NCBI RefSeq assembly: GCF_001457615.1
Contig: NZ_LN831024.1
Location: 2,520,001 to 2,552,000 of the forward strand
From: Pseudomonas aeruginosa
GTDB taxonomy: Bacteria; Pseudomonadota; Gammaproteobacteria; Pseudomonadales; Pseudomonadaceae
Direction of reading: 5' to 3'
DNA length: 32,000 nt
Shown: piece after piece, positions 17,608-29,427 of the stretch
How the letters are laid out: each line of letters begins with the position of its first letter
Numbering within the stretch: the first letter of the stretch is position 1
Position numbers and translations under genes: made by a program
Notes under the pieces: generated by a model
Told to the model about the DNA's origin: nothing
What the model saw: the letters and a program-made list of their open reading frames with translations, nothing else
Databases searched by the model: none

Positions 17608-20073
17608 TTGACCAAGACAGCTTCTAAAGCACCAGCCGTGCGCAGGAAAAATAGCGATTTGAAGGATTCGACCACCGCGAGCCATGCCGCCGCATGGCGT
17701 CAGCAACTGCATTCCCGCCTGAAGGAAGGGGTCCTGATCGCGCTGGGCGCGCTCTGCCTCTACTTGTGGATGGCTCTGCTCACCTATGACCCGGCCGATC
17801 CGAGCTGGAGTCACTCGAGCCAGGTTGACCAGGTGCAGAATGCCGCCGGTCGGCTCGGTGCGGTATCCGCCGATATCCTGTTCATGACGCTCGGCTACTT
17901 CGCCTACCTCTTTCCGCTGTTGCTGGGCATCAAGACCTGGCAGGTATTCCGCCGCCGCAACCTGCCGTGGGAATGGAACACCTGGCTGTTTTCCTGGCGC
18001 CTGGTCGGGCTGATCTTCCTGATCCTGGCCGGCTCGGCACTGGCCTACATCCATTTCCACGCCAGCGGCCACATGCCGGCCAGCGCCTCGGCCGGCGGCG
18101 CCATCGGCCAGAGCCTGGGCCGCGTCGCGGTGGATGCGCTGAACGTGCAGGGCAGCACGTTGGTGTTCTTCGCCCTGTTCCTCTTCGGCCTGACGGTGTT
18201 CGCCGACCTCTCCTGGTTCAAGGTGATGGATGTCACCGGCAAGATCACCCTGGACTTCTTCGAACTGATCCAGAACGCCTTCAATCGCTGGATGGGCGCG
18301 CGCGCCGAGCGCAAGCAACTGGTCGCGCAACTGCGCGAGGTCGACGAGCGCGTCGCTGAGGTGGTGGCGCCGAGCGTGCCGGACCGCCGCGAACAGTCCA
18401 AGGCCAAGGAGCGCCTGCTGGAACGCGAAGAGGCCCTGGCCAAGCACATGAGCGAGCGGGAGAAGCGCCCGCCGCCGAAGATCGATCCGCCACCGCCGCC
18501 GAAGGCCCCGGAGCCGAGCAAGCGCGTGCTGAAAGAGAAGCAGGCGCCGCTGTTCGTCGATACGGCGGTGGAGGGCACCCTGCCGCCGCTGTCGCTGCTC
18601 GATCCGGCGGAAGTGAAGCAGAAGAGCTACTCGCCCGAGTCGCTGGAGGCGATGTCGCGCCTGCTGGAGATCAAGCTGAAGGAGTTCGGCGTCGAGGTCA
18701 GCGTGGATTCGGTGCATCCGGGCCCCGTGATCACCCGTTTCGAGATCCAGCCCGCGGCGGGGGTCAAGGTCAGCCGCATTTCCAACCTGGCCAAGGACCT
18801 GGCGCGCTCGCTGGCGGTGATCAGCGTGCGGGTGGTGGAAGTGATTCCCGGCAAGACCACCGTCGGCATCGAGATTCCCAACGAAGACCGGCAGATGGTG
18901 CGCTTCTCCGAAGTGCTGTCGTCGCCGGAGTACGACGAGCACAAGTCCACCGTGCCGCTGGCCCTGGGCCACGACATCGGCGGTCGGCCGATCATCACCG
19001 ACCTGGCGAAGATGCCGCACCTGCTGGTGGCCGGTACCACCGGCTCCGGTAAGTCGGTGGGGGTCAACGCCATGCTCCTGTCGATCCTGTTCAAGTCCAC
19101 GCCGAGCGAGGCGCGACTGATCATGATCGACCCGAAGATGCTCGAACTGTCGATCTACGAAGGGATCCCGCACCTGCTCTGCCCGGTGGTCACCGACATG
19201 AAGGAAGCCGCCAACGCCCTGCGCTGGAGCGTGGCGGAGATGGAGCGGCGCTACCGCCTGATGGCGGCCATGGGTGTGCGCAACCTGGCTGGCTTCAACC
19301 GCAAGGTGAAGGACGCCGAGGAGGCTGGCACGCCGCTGACCGACCCGCTGTTCCGTCGCGAAAGCCCGGACGACGAGCCGCCGCAGCTGAGCACCCTGCC
19401 GACCATCGTGGTGGTGGTCGACGAATTCGCCGACATGATGATGATCGTCGGCAAGAAGGTCGAGGAGCTTATCGCCCGTATCGCGCAGAAGGCGCGGGCG
19501 GCCGGTATCCACCTGATCCTGGCGACCCAGCGGCCGTCGGTGGACGTGATCACCGGCCTGATCAAGGCCAACATCCCGACCCGGATCGCCTTCCAGGTCT
19601 CCAGCAAGATCGACTCGCGCACCATCCTCGACCAGGGTGGCGCCGAACAACTTCTCGGCCACGGCGACATGCTCTACCTGCCGCCGGGCACAGGCCTGCC
19701 GATTCGCGTGCACGGCGCCTTCGTTTCCGACGACGAGGTGCACCGGGTGGTCGAGGCCTGGAAGCTGCGCGGTGCGCCCGACTACATCGAGGACATCCTC
19801 GCTGGCGTCGACGAAGGCGGCAGCGGTGGCGGTTCCTTCGATGGCGGCGACGGCTCCGGCGAAGGCAGCGAGGACGACCCGCTCTACGACGAGGCGGTAC
19901 GTTTCGTCACCGAGAGTCGCCGGGCATCGATCTCCGCCGTGCAACGCAAGCTGAAGATCGGCTACAACCGCGCCGCGCGGATGATCGAGGCGATGGAGAT
20001 GGCCGGCGTGGTCACCCCGATGAATACCAACGGCTCCCGCGAAGTCATCGCGCCGGCGCCGGTTCGTGATTGA
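17608..20073 (+). CDS. ftsK: DNA translocase FtsK
   Basis: Four N-terminal TM helices, a Pro-rich linker ([16 protein letters not shown]), a motor domain with Walker A GTTGSGKS, and a C-terminal gamma wHTH ([23 protein letters not shown]). The start is uncertain: TTG at 17608 (821 aa) or GTG at 17638 (811 aa), neither with a clear SD. A TTTTCA-17-TACAAT promoter-like pair lies at 17570-17598. Confidence 0.9.
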   Translation: MTKTASKAPAVRRKNSDLKDSTTASHAAAWRQQLHSRLKEGVLIALGALCLYLWMALLTYDPADPSWSHSSQVDQVQNAAGRLGAVSADILFMTLGYFAYLFPLLLGIKTWQVFRRRNLPWEWNTWLFSWRLVGLIFLILAGSALAYIHFHASGHMPASASAGGAIGQSLGRVAVDALNVQGSTLVFFALFLFGLTVFADLSWFKVMDVTGKITLDFFELIQNAFNRWMGARAERKQLVAQLREVDERVAEVVAPSVPDRREQSKAKERLLEREEALAKHMSEREKRPPPKIDPPPPPKAPEPSKRVLKEKQAPLFVDTAVEGTLPPLSLLDPAEVKQKSYSPESLEAMSRLLEIKLKEFGVEVSVDSVHPGPVITRFEIQPAAGVKVSRISNLAKDLARSLAVISVRVVEVIPGKTTVGIEIPNEDRQMVRFSEVLSSPEYDEHKSTVPLALGHDIGGRPIITDLAKMPHLLVAGTTGSGKSVGVNAMLLSILFKSTPSEARLIMIDPKMLELSIYEGIPHLLCPVVTDMKEAANALRWSVAEMERRYRLMAAMGVRNLAGFNRKVKDAEEAGTPLTDPLFRRESPDDEPPQLSTLPTIVVVVDEFADMMMIVGKKVEELIARIAQKARAAGIHLILATQRPSVDVITGLIKANIPTRIAFQVSSKIDSRTILDQGGAEQLLGHGDMLYLPPGTGLPIRVHGAFVSDDEVHRVVEAWKLRGAPDYIEDILAGVDEGGSGGGSFDGGDGSGEGSEDDPLYDEAVRFVTESRRASISAVQRKLKIGYNRAARMIEAMEMAGVVTPMNTNGSREVIAPAPVRD

Positions 20074-20098
20074 ACCCGACAGGTTTTAGAGGATTCCA

Positions 20099-20725
20099 AT
20101 GCGACTGATCCGCACGTTGTTCGTTGCCGCCCTGGCCATGGGCGCTTCGCTGGCCCATGCCGACGACAGCGCCGCTGTCCAGCGCCTGACCGGCCTGCTG
20201 AACAAGGCCCAGACCCTGACCGCGCGTTTTTCCCAACTGACCCTGGACGGTAGCGGCACGCGCCTGCAGGAAACCGCCGGCCAACTGAGCCTGAAGCGGC
20301 CGGGACTGTTCCGCTGGCATACCGATGCGCCGAACGAGCAATTGCTCATTTCCAACGGCGAGAAGGTCTGGCTGTACGACCCGGACCTGGAGCAGGTGAC
20401 CATCCAGAAGCTCGATCAGCGCCTGACCCAGACGCCGGCGCTGCTGCTCTCCGGCGACATCTCGAAGATCAGCGAAAGCTTCGCCATCACCTACAAGGAA
20501 GGCGGCAACGTAGTCGATTTCGTGCTCAAGCCGAAGACCAAGGACACCCTCTTCGACACATTGCGCCTGTCGTTCCGCAGCGGCAAGGTGAACGACATGC
20601 AGATGATCGATGGCGTCGGCCAGCGCACCAACATCCTGTTCTTCGACGTGAAGATGAACGAGGCGCTGGATGCCAAGCAATTCACCTTCGACGTTCCGCC
20701 GGGCGTCGACGTGATCCAGGAGTAA
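20099..20725 (+). CDS. lolA: Outer-membrane lipoprotein carrier protein LolA
   Basis: 208 aa. Signal peptide [21 protein letters not shown], then the LolA fold region ([10 protein letters not shown]...[11 protein letters not shown]). The position after ftsK is conserved in gammaproteobacteria. Confidence 0.9.
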
Positions 20726-20734
20726 GCGCAAGCC

Positions 20735-23462
<2,728 letters not shown>

Positions 23463-23463
23463 C

Positions 23464-24861
23464 ATGGATTTCCTGCCGCTGTTCCACTCCTTGCAAGGGC
23501 GCCTCGCGCTGGTGGTCGGTGGCGGCGAAGTCGCCCTGCGCAAGGCGCGCCTGCTGGCCGACGCCGGCGCGCGCCTGCGCGTGGTCGCGCCGCAGATCCA
23601 CATCGAACTGCGGCATCTGGTGGAGCAGGGCGGCGGTGAGCTGCTCGAACGCGACTACCAGGACGGCGACCAGCCCGGCTGCGCCCTGATCATCGCCGCC
23701 ACCGACGACGAACCGCTGAACGCCGAGGTGTCGCGAGCGGCCAATGCGCGCGGGATACCGGTCAACGTGGTGGACGCGCCGGCCCTGTGCAGCGTGATCT
23801 TCCCGGCCATCGTCGACCGTTCGCCGCTGGTGGTGGCGGTCTCCAGCGGCGGCGATGCGCCCGTGCTGGCGCGGCTGATCCGGGCCAAGCTGGAAACCTG
23901 GATTCCCTCGACCTACGGGCAACTGGCCGGACTCGCCAGCCGCTTCCGCCACCGGGTCAAGGAATTGCTACCCGACCTGCAGCAGCGCCGGGTGTTCTGG
24001 GAAAACCTGTTCCAGGGCGAGATCGCCGAGCGTGTCCTGGCCGGCCGTCCGGCGGAAGCCGAGCGTCTCCTGGAAGAGCGCCTGGCCGGCGGCCTCGCGC
24101 ACATACCCACGGGCGAGGTATATCTGGTCGGGGCCGGGCCGGGGGATCCGGACCTGCTGACGTTCCGTGCCCTGCGCCTGATGCAGCAGGCCGACGTGGT
24201 GCTCTACGATCGCCTGGTGGCGCCGTCGATCCTCGAATTATGCCGCCGCGATGCCGAACGCCTGTACGTCGGCAAGCGCCGCGCCGAACATGCGGTGCCG
24301 CAGGATCGGATCAACCGCCTGCTGGTGGAGCTGGCCAGCCAGGGCAAGCGCGTGCTGCGCCTGAAGGGTGGCGACCCGTTCATCTTCGGCCGCGGCGGTG
24401 AGGAAATCGACGAACTGGCTGCCCACGGCATACCTTTCCAGGTCGTGCCGGGAATCACCGCGGCCAGCGGCTGCGCGGCCTACGCCGGGATTCCACTGAC
24501 TCATCGCGATCATGCGCAATCGGTTCGTTTCGTCACCGGTCATCTGAAGGACGGCACCACCGACCTGCCGTGGCAGGACCTGGTAGCGCCTGGCCAGACC
24601 CTGGTGTTCTACATGGGCCTGGTGGGATTGCCGGTGATCTGCGAGCAACTGGTCGCCCACGGTCGCTCCGCACAGACCCCGGCGGCGCTGATCCAGCAGG
24701 GGACCACCGCCCAGCAGCGGGTATTCACCGGAACCCTGGAAAACCTGCCGCAACTGGTGGCTGAGCACGAAGTGCATGCGCCGACCCTGGTGATCGTCGG
24801 CGAAGTCGTGCAACTGCGCGACAAGCTGGCCTGGTTCGAAGGCGCCCGCGAGGACGCCTGA
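23464..24861 (+). CDS. cysG: Siroheme synthase (precorrin-2 dehydrogenase/sirohydrochlorin ferrochelatase plus uroporphyrinogen-III C-methyltransferase)
   Basis: 465 aa. N-terminal Rossmann [15 protein letters not shown], and a C-terminal SUMT domain starting [18 protein letters not shown]. Starts 1 nt after the serS stop. Confidence 0.9.
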   Translation: MDFLPLFHSLQGRLALVVGGGEVALRKARLLADAGARLRVVAPQIHIELRHLVEQGGGELLERDYQDGDQPGCALIIAATDDEPLNAEVSRAANARGIPVNVVDAPALCSVIFPAIVDRSPLVVAVSSGGDAPVLARLIRAKLETWIPSTYGQLAGLASRFRHRVKELLPDLQQRRVFWENLFQGEIAERVLAGRPAEAERLLEERLAGGLAHIPTGEVYLVGAGPGDPDLLTFRALRLMQQADVVLYDRLVAPSILELCRRDAERLYVGKRRAEHAVPQDRINRLLVELASQGKRVLRLKGGDPFIFGRGGEEIDELAAHGIPFQVVPGITAASGCAAYAGIPLTHRDHAQSVRFVTGHLKDGTTDLPWQDLVAPGQTLVFYMGLVGLPVICEQLVAHGRSAQTPAALIQQGTTAQQRVFTGTLENLPQLVAEHEVHAPTLVIVGEVVQLRDKLAWFEGAREDA

Positions 24862-24865
24862 GCCT

Positions 24866-25840
24866 TCAGCCTTCTCCCCAGATGCCCTTGCCGGGAAGTC
24901 GTTCCCGGCCTGGCGCGCGCGCCAGGTCGAGACGCGGGCCCAGCGGTACTATCCCGGTCGGGTTGATGGTGCGGTGGCTGGCGTAGTAGTGCCCCTTGAT
25001 ATGTTCGAAGTCCACTGTCTCGCCGATGCCCGGGCGTTGGTACAGCTCGCGCAACCAGCCGGAGAGATTCGGGTAGTCTTCGATGCGCCGCAGGTTGCAC
25101 TTGAAGTGTCCGTGGTACACCGCATCGAAGCGCACCAGGGTGGTGAACAGGCGGATATCGGCCTCGGTCAGGTATTCGCCGGCCAGGTAGCGGCGTTCGC
25201 CGAGCAAGCCTTCCAGGTAGTCCAGCTCCTCGAACAACTGGACGAAGGCCTCCTCGTAGGCCTCCTGGCGAGTGGCGAAGCCAGCACGGTACACGCCGTT
25301 GTTGACCGCCGGATAGATGCGTCCGTTGAGGCGTTCGATCTCCTCGCGCAGCGGCTCCGGGTAGAAGTCCAGCGCGTTGGCGCCGATGGCGTCGAAGGCG
25401 CTGTTGAAGATGCGGACGATATCGGCTGATTCGTTGTTGACGATCTTCTGCGCCTGCTTGTCCCACAGCAGCGGCACCGTGACCCGGCCGCTGTAGTGCG
25501 GGTCGTCGCGGGTGTAGCGCTGGTGCAGAAAGGCCAGGCCGTCGAGGCGATCGCCGGTGGAGCCGTGGGCGGGGTCGAAGGTCCAGCCGTTCTCGCGCAT
25601 CAGCCAACTGACCACCGAAACATCGACCAGCGACTCCAGCCCCTTCAGCTTGCGCACGATCAGGGTCCGATGGGCCCAGGGGCAGGCCAGCGAGACATAG
25701 AGATGGTAGCGCCCGCCCTCGGCGGGGAACGCCGGCTCGCCCAGCCAATGGCGGCGCTGGGCGTTTTCGCGCTGGAAGCGGCCGTCTTTCTGTGTGTCAT
25801 ACCACTGGTCGTGCCAGCGGCCATCGATCAACTGTCCCAT
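24866..25840 (-). CDS. yqjG: Xi-class glutathione transferase / glutathionyl-hydroquinone reductase (YqjG/ECM4-like)
   Basis: 324 aa. MGQLIDGRWHDQWYDT and the catalytic CPWAHR motif (YVSLACPWAHRTLIVRKLKGL) closely parallel E. coli YqjG as I recall it. Confidence 0.85.
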   Translation of the reverse strand: MGQLIDGRWHDQWYDTQKDGRFQRENAQRRHWLGEPAFPAEGGRYHLYVSLACPWAHRTLIVRKLKGLESLVDVSVVSWLMRENGWTFDPAHGSTGDRLDGLAFLHQRYTRDDPHYSGRVTVPLLWDKQAQKIVNNESADIVRIFNSAFDAIGANALDFYPEPLREEIERLNGRIYPAVNNGVYRAGFATRQEAYEEAFVQLFEELDYLEGLLGERRYLAGEYLTEADIRLFTTLVRFDAVYHGHFKCNLRRIEDYPNLSGWLRELYQRPGIGETVDFEHIKGHYYASHRTINPTGIVPLGPRLDLARAPGRERLPGKGIWGEG

Positions 25841-25846
25841 GAGCGG

Positions 25847-25872
25847 GTTCCTCCATACGTCGTTGGAGGAAC
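25847..25872 (-). promoter_or_regulatory. Shine-Dalgarno-sequestering hairpin in the yqjG-like 5' leader
   Basis: The - strand RNA reads GUUCCUCCA-ACGACGUA-UGGAGGAAC-CCGCUC-AUG. The two arms form 9 consecutive Watson-Crick pairs. The 3' arm contains the only SD (GGAGGA), with about 9 nt between GGAGG and the start codon (about 8 nt after GGAGGA). Confidence 0.5.
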
Positions 25873-25927
25873 AGTCTAGTGTCGGGCGATCGATAAATTT
25901 ATATAAATAAAGGGCTATTCGTATCGA

Positions 25928-26911
25928 TCAGATCGATTCGTTTCGGGTCGCCCAGTAGTGTGCGGCTTCCTTGAAGGCTTCTTCGCGATTCTTGCCAAGG
26001 GCCCGTAGCGCCAGGGCCATGCTGGAGAGCACCGCCAGGTGGCCATAGGCGTCGCCTTCGCGGCCGTCCCAGACGGCCCGAAGGAAACCCGGGTCGAGCT
26101 GTTCCGGCTTCATGTGCCGGTGCGTCGACAATGCCGGCCATTCCTCGTCCCAGGCTTCGCCCTGGTCGCAACCATACAGGTGGGCGACGACGTCCGGGTT
26201 GACTTCGATCTCGCCGCCTTCGCCCTTGATGACGATGGCCCGGTCGCCGAGCAGGCGGCTGGCCTCGCGGTGGGTTTCCTGGTAACCGGGGTGGAAGATG
26301 CTCTGCAGGATGCAATCCGCATTCAGGGGGTTGAGCAGGCGAACCAGCGAATGGATCGGCGAGCGCAGGCCGAGGGTATTGCGCAGATCGATCATGCGTT
26401 GCAGCACCGGCATCCAGGCGCCGAGCGGAATGAACGCCAGGTGGCCGCGCTCCAGGGCCTGTTCTACCTGCAGCCAGTCGTGGCAGAGCGGGATCTCCAG
26501 CGCCGCCAGCAACTGTTCGCTGTACAGGCGTCCGGCGGTATGCGTGCCGCCGCCGTGCATGAGGATGCGCACGCCATGGCCGGCCAGGCACTTGGCGGCC
26601 AGCAGGTACCAGGGCAGGTGGCGCTTCTTGCCGGCGTAACTGGGCCAGTCGAGGTCGACGCGCAAGGACGGGACTTGCAGGCGTTCGCGCACCGCCTCGG
26701 TGAAACCGGCCAGTTCCTCGCTGCTTTCCTCCTTGTGCCGCAGGAGCATGAGGAAGGCGCCCAGCTGGGTGTCCTCGACCCTGCCGTCGAGGATCATGCC
26801 GAGGGCCTCGCGGGCTTCCTCCCGGGTCAGGCTGCGCGCTCCGCGCTTGCCTTTGCCGAGGATGCGGACGAACTGGGCGAACGGATGTTCGGCGGGAGTC
26901 GAGAGAGTCAT
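25928..26911 (-). CDS. YbiB/TrpD2-like protein (glycosyl transferase family 3 fold; anthranilate phosphoribosyltransferase paralogue)
   Basis: Internal ATG at 26911 (MTLSTPAEHPFAQFVRILGKGKRGARSLTREEAREALGMILDGRVEDTQLGAFLMLLRHK), 327 aa. The N-terminal helical bundle plus GT-3 domain pattern resembles TrpD-like YbiB. The ATG overlaps the tusE stop (ATGA at 26908-26911). Confidence 0.7.
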   Translation of the reverse strand: MTLSTPAEHPFAQFVRILGKGKRGARSLTREEAREALGMILDGRVEDTQLGAFLMLLRHKEESSEELAGFTEAVRERLQVPSLRVDLDWPSYAGKKRHLPWYLLAAKCLAGHGVRILMHGGGTHTAGRLYSEQLLAALEIPLCHDWLQVEQALERGHLAFIPLGAWMPVLQRMIDLRNTLGLRSPIHSLVRLLNPLNADCILQSIFHPGYQETHREASRLLGDRAIVIKGEGGEIEVNPDVVAHLYGCDQGEAWDEEWPALSTHRHMKPEQLDPGFLRAVWDGREGDAYGHLAVLSSMALALRALGKNREEAFKEAAHYWATRNESI

Positions 26912-27243
26912 AGACAGTTGCTCGGTTTCGGCAGGCCGGCCAGCTTCGCGCCAAGCTTGGCCGGGGCGCCCTTGAACAGGTGGTTGAGGTGCAGGCTGTT
27001 GCCCTTGTCCGGACCCAGTCGCTGGGCGACGTACTTGATCAGCGGGCGGTTGGCCGGAGACAGCTGGAACTCCGCATAGAACTCGCGGAGCAGTTGGAGA
27101 ATCTCCCAGTGCTCGGCGGTCAGAGCCAGCTCCTCGCGGGCGGCCAGGGCTTCCGCCACCGGCTCCGACCAATCGTCGAGGGCGGCGAGGTAGCCGTCCT
27201 TGTCCAGCCGGATTTCCCGGCCTTCCAGCATAAGGAGCGTCAT
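26908..27243 (-). CDS. tusE: Sulfur-relay protein TusE (DsrC family)
   Basis: Internal ATG at 27243, 111 aa. DsrC/TusE-like sequence ending GLPKPSNCL, with the conserved penultimate Cys. The start overlaps the tusB stop (ATGA at 27240-27243). Confidence 0.85.
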   Translation of the reverse strand: MTLLMLEGREIRLDKDGYLAALDDWSEPVAEALAAREELALTAEHWEILQLLREFYAEFQLSPANRPLIKYVAQRLGPDKGNSLHLNHLFKGAPAKLGAKLAGLPKPSNCL

Positions 27244-27545
27244 AGCCAACTGTTGACCTTGTCGAAGCGGGTGGCGAGTTCGACGAAGCCGGGGTAGTCC
27301 ACCGCCACCAGGCGAGCGGGGACGTCCTCGATACCGCGCGCCTGGAGGTCTTCCAGCAGGGCGAACAGTTCGATTTCCGCCGGCATCAGTTCCAGGGCCT
27401 GGCAGGCGTGGCTGCCGGCCAGCAGGGCGTGCACGGCGTCGCCGCAGAGCAGCAGGCCGTCGCCGGGGTTGAGCAGGTACAGGCAACTGCCCAGGCGGCC
27501 GTCATTGAACGGCGAGCGGGACAGTACGTGGAGGGTCGTGGCCAT
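27240..27545 (-). CDS. tusB: Sulfur-relay protein TusB (DsrH family)
   Basis: 101 aa, MATTLHVLSRSPFNDG...; small DsrH-like protein in the canonical position between tusC and tusE. The ATG shares one nucleotide with the tusC stop (TGATG). Confidence 0.8.
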   Translation of the reverse strand: MATTLHVLSRSPFNDGRLGSCLYLLNPGDGLLLCGDAVHALLAGSHACQALELMPAEIELFALLEDLQARGIEDVPARLVAVDYPGFVELATRFDKVNSWL

Positions 27546-27904
27546 CAGAGGGTAATCACCTGGTCGTAGCGTTGCAGCAGGTCGCGCAGGGCCTGGTCGT
27601 CGAGCACCTCGACCGCGAGGGCCAGGCGCTCTTCAGCCAGGCCACGCTCGCGCAGGCTACGGGCCGAGACGTAGAGGTCGTCCACGCCGAACATCGGCAG
27701 GGCCTGCAGGTTGGCCTGCAGGTCCTTCTGCTGCAGGTGCGCAGGATGCTGGCCGGGAGCCAGCTGGAACGCGCCGTCGTCGAGGAACAGCATGCCGACC
27801 GGTAGATCGAAGGCGCCGCCGGCCAGGGCTATGTCCAGCGCCTCGCGGGCGCTCGGGCCGGACCAGGGCGACTGGCGGCTGATGATCAGCAGCGACTGGC
27901 TCAT
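27545..27904 (-). CDS. tusC: Sulfur-relay protein TusC (DsrF family)
   Basis: Internal ATG at 27904 (MSQSLLIISRQSPWSGPSAREALDIALAGGAFD), 119 aa, DsrE/F fold. The start overlaps the tusD stop (ATGA at 27901-27904). Confidence 0.85.
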   Translation of the reverse strand: MSQSLLIISRQSPWSGPSAREALDIALAGGAFDLPVGMLFLDDGAFQLAPGQHPAHLQQKDLQANLQALPMFGVDDLYVSARSLRERGLAEERLALAVEVLDDQALRDLLQRYDQVITL

Positions 27905-28296
27905 CGGTCGCCTCCGAAGCAGACCAGGCGGTCCGCGCTTTGCGCCGCCTCGTGCAACTGGCCGAGTCCGGACAGTTCCCATGGTGCGCCAAGGTTGGCG
28001 CCGGGACGGCCGTAGCGTTCGGCTTCCTCGGCGTTCAGCACGCCGCGGCGCAGGGCGGCGGCGATGCAGACCACGGCGTCCAGGCCGTTGCGCTCGACCA
28101 ACTCGCGCCAGGCGGCGGGCAGGTCGAACTCGTCCTGGCCGCTCACGACGTTGGCCGAGGCGCTGTGCACGCCGTCCTGGTAGAAGAACAGGCGGACGAT
28201 TTCGTGCCCGCCGGCCAGCGCGGCTTCGCTGAAGCGCAGCGCGCGGCGGGCGGCGGGGGAGTGGGGAGGGTCGAATAGGGCGATGGCGAATTTCAT
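27901..28296 (-). CDS. tusD: Sulfurtransferase TusD (DsrE family)
   Basis: Internal ATG at 28296 (MKFAIALFDPPHSPAARRALRFSEAAL), 131 aa. Contains VVCIAAALRRGV, the active-site Cys segment of TusD/DsrE. Confidence 0.85.
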   Translation of the reverse strand: MKFAIALFDPPHSPAARRALRFSEAALAGGHEIVRLFFYQDGVHSASANVVSGQDEFDLPAAWRELVERNGLDAVVCIAAALRRGVLNAEEAERYGRPGANLGAPWELSGLGQLHEAAQSADRLVCFGGDR

Positions 28297-28362
28297 GCTG
28301 CGATACGCGAAGGATTTATTCGAATGATAAACCAATGCCTGTGTTTTGCCGGTCCGCAAATG

Positions 28363-28389
28363 AAAAGCCCGTCGCGGGGACGGGCTTTT
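28363..28389 (-). terminator. Rho-independent terminator after yccA
   Basis: AAAAGCCCGTC (28363-28373) / GACGGGCTTTT (28379-28389) with a 5-nt loop, 17 nt downstream of the yccA stop. The - strand reads hairpin plus UUUUCAUUUG. Confidence 0.7.
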
Positions 28390-28405
28390 CCGGAGGCGTT
28401 TTCTA

Positions 28406-29074
28406 TCAGTCGTCGCCGCCGGCGATGCCGAAGATCTGCAACAGGCTGATGAACAGGTTGTAGATCGACACGTACAGGCTGATGGTGGCCATGATGTAGT
28501 TGCGTTCGCCGCCGTGGATGATCGCGCTGGTCTGGTAGAGGATCATCGCCGAGGAGAACAGGACGAAGCCGGCGCTGATCGCCAGTTGCAGGCCACTGAT
28601 CTGGAAGAACAGCGATACCAGCACGGCGCCCAGCAGGACGAAGAAGCCGGCGGTGATGAAGCCGGACAGGAAGCTCATGTCCTTGCGGGTGGTCAGCACA
28701 TAGGCGGACAGGCCGAAGAACACCAGGGCGGTCATGGCGAACGCCGAAGTGATGACGCTGCCGCCGTTGGGCAGGCCGAGGTACATGTTGAGGATCGGGC
28801 CGAGCGTGTAGCCCATGAAGCCGGTCAGGGCGAAAGTGCTGACCAGACCCCAGGCGCTGTTGCGCAGCTTCACGGTGAGGAAGAACAGGCCGTAGAAGCC
28901 GATCAGCACCACGAACACGTTCGGATAGGGCAGGCGCATCTGCTGCGAAACGTAGGCCACCAGGCCGCTGAAGGCCAGGGTGAGTGCCAGCAGGCCGTAG
29001 GTATTGCGCAGAACGCCGCTGACTTCACGCTGTTCCGCGACGGCGGAGTTCAGCTGATATTGCTGTTCTTGCAT
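28406..29074 (-). CDS. yccA: Bax-inhibitor-1/YccA family inner-membrane protein (FtsH modulator type)
   Basis: Internal ATG at 29074 ([10 protein letters not shown]...[16 protein letters not shown]), 222 aa, 7 TM segments. Conserved stretches [12 protein letters not shown] and [24 protein letters not shown] parallel E. coli YccA. Confidence 0.85.
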   Translation of the reverse strand: MQEQQYQLNSAVAEQREVSGVLRNTYGLLALTLAFSGLVAYVSQQMRLPYPNVFVVLIGFYGLFFLTVKLRNSAWGLVSTFALTGFMGYTLGPILNMYLGLPNGGSVITSAFAMTALVFFGLSAYVLTTRKDMSFLSGFITAGFFVLLGAVLVSLFFQISGLQLAISAGFVLFSSAMILYQTSAIIHGGERNYIMATISLYVSIYNLFISLLQIFGIAGGDD

Positions 29075-29160
29075 GGTGTGGGTACTCCTTAACGGGAACG
29101 GGTCCATGACGTACTGATGGGCATGATAGCAAAGCCTCTGCCAGGGCCAATCGATAGAGT

Positions 29161-29188
29161 TTGACAGTGTGTTGCTATCCGGTACTAT
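29161..29188 (+). promoter_or_regulatory. Sigma-70-type promoter of the tRNA-Ser gene
   Basis: Perfect -35 TTGACA (29161-29166), 16-nt spacer, -10 TACTAT (29183-29188). It is followed by the GC-rich discriminator GGCGCCCCGCG, typical of stringently controlled stable-RNA promoters. The mature tRNA 5' end is 15 nt after the -10 (at 29204). Confidence 0.65.
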
Positions 29189-29203
29189 GGCGCCCCGCGA
29201 TGC

Positions 29204-29293
29204 GGAGGTGTGGCCGAGTGGTTTAAGGCAACGGTCTTGAAAACCGTCGAAGGGGAGACTCTTCCGTGAGTTCGAATCTCACCGCCTCCGCCA
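29204..29293 (+). tRNA. tRNA-Ser (anticodon UGA), long variable arm, CCA encoded
   Basis: Acceptor GGAGGTG pairs with CGCCTCC, followed by discriminator G and CCA (29291-29293). D arm GCCGAGTGGTTTAAGGC, anticodon stem-loop ACGGTCTTGAAAACCGT (TGA), long variable arm GAAGGGGAGACTCTTCC, T arm GTGAGTTCGAATCTCAC. Confidence 0.92.
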
Positions 29294-29306
29294 TATCCGC
29301 GTACTG

Positions 29307-29331
29307 AAAAGCCCCGCTGAGCGGGGCTTTT
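29307..29331 (+). terminator. Rho-independent terminator after tRNA-Ser
   Basis: AAAAGCCCCGC (29307-29317), loop TGA, GCGGGGCTTTT (29321-29331). Confidence 0.75.
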
Positions 29332-29427
29332 GCATTTTCGGGGCGCCGCTCTTCCGCACTTCCGGGTCGTTTCCGCAGCCTGCCCGGCGTCGATTCGATG
29401 ACTCTCCGATTTCGTCGGGTAATGGCT

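Noticed and set aside
17584-19944. 786-aa ORF antisense to ftsK
   Set aside because: It has the same high-GC stop-codon-poor artefact and low-complexity composition. The + strand frame is a canonical FtsK.
29204-29427. tRNA-Ser as a possible genomic-island integration site
   Set aside because: There is no integrase, no repeat of the tRNA 3' end (attR-like copy) and no GC shift downstream. The next gene is a normal-composition rhodanese only about 135 nt away.
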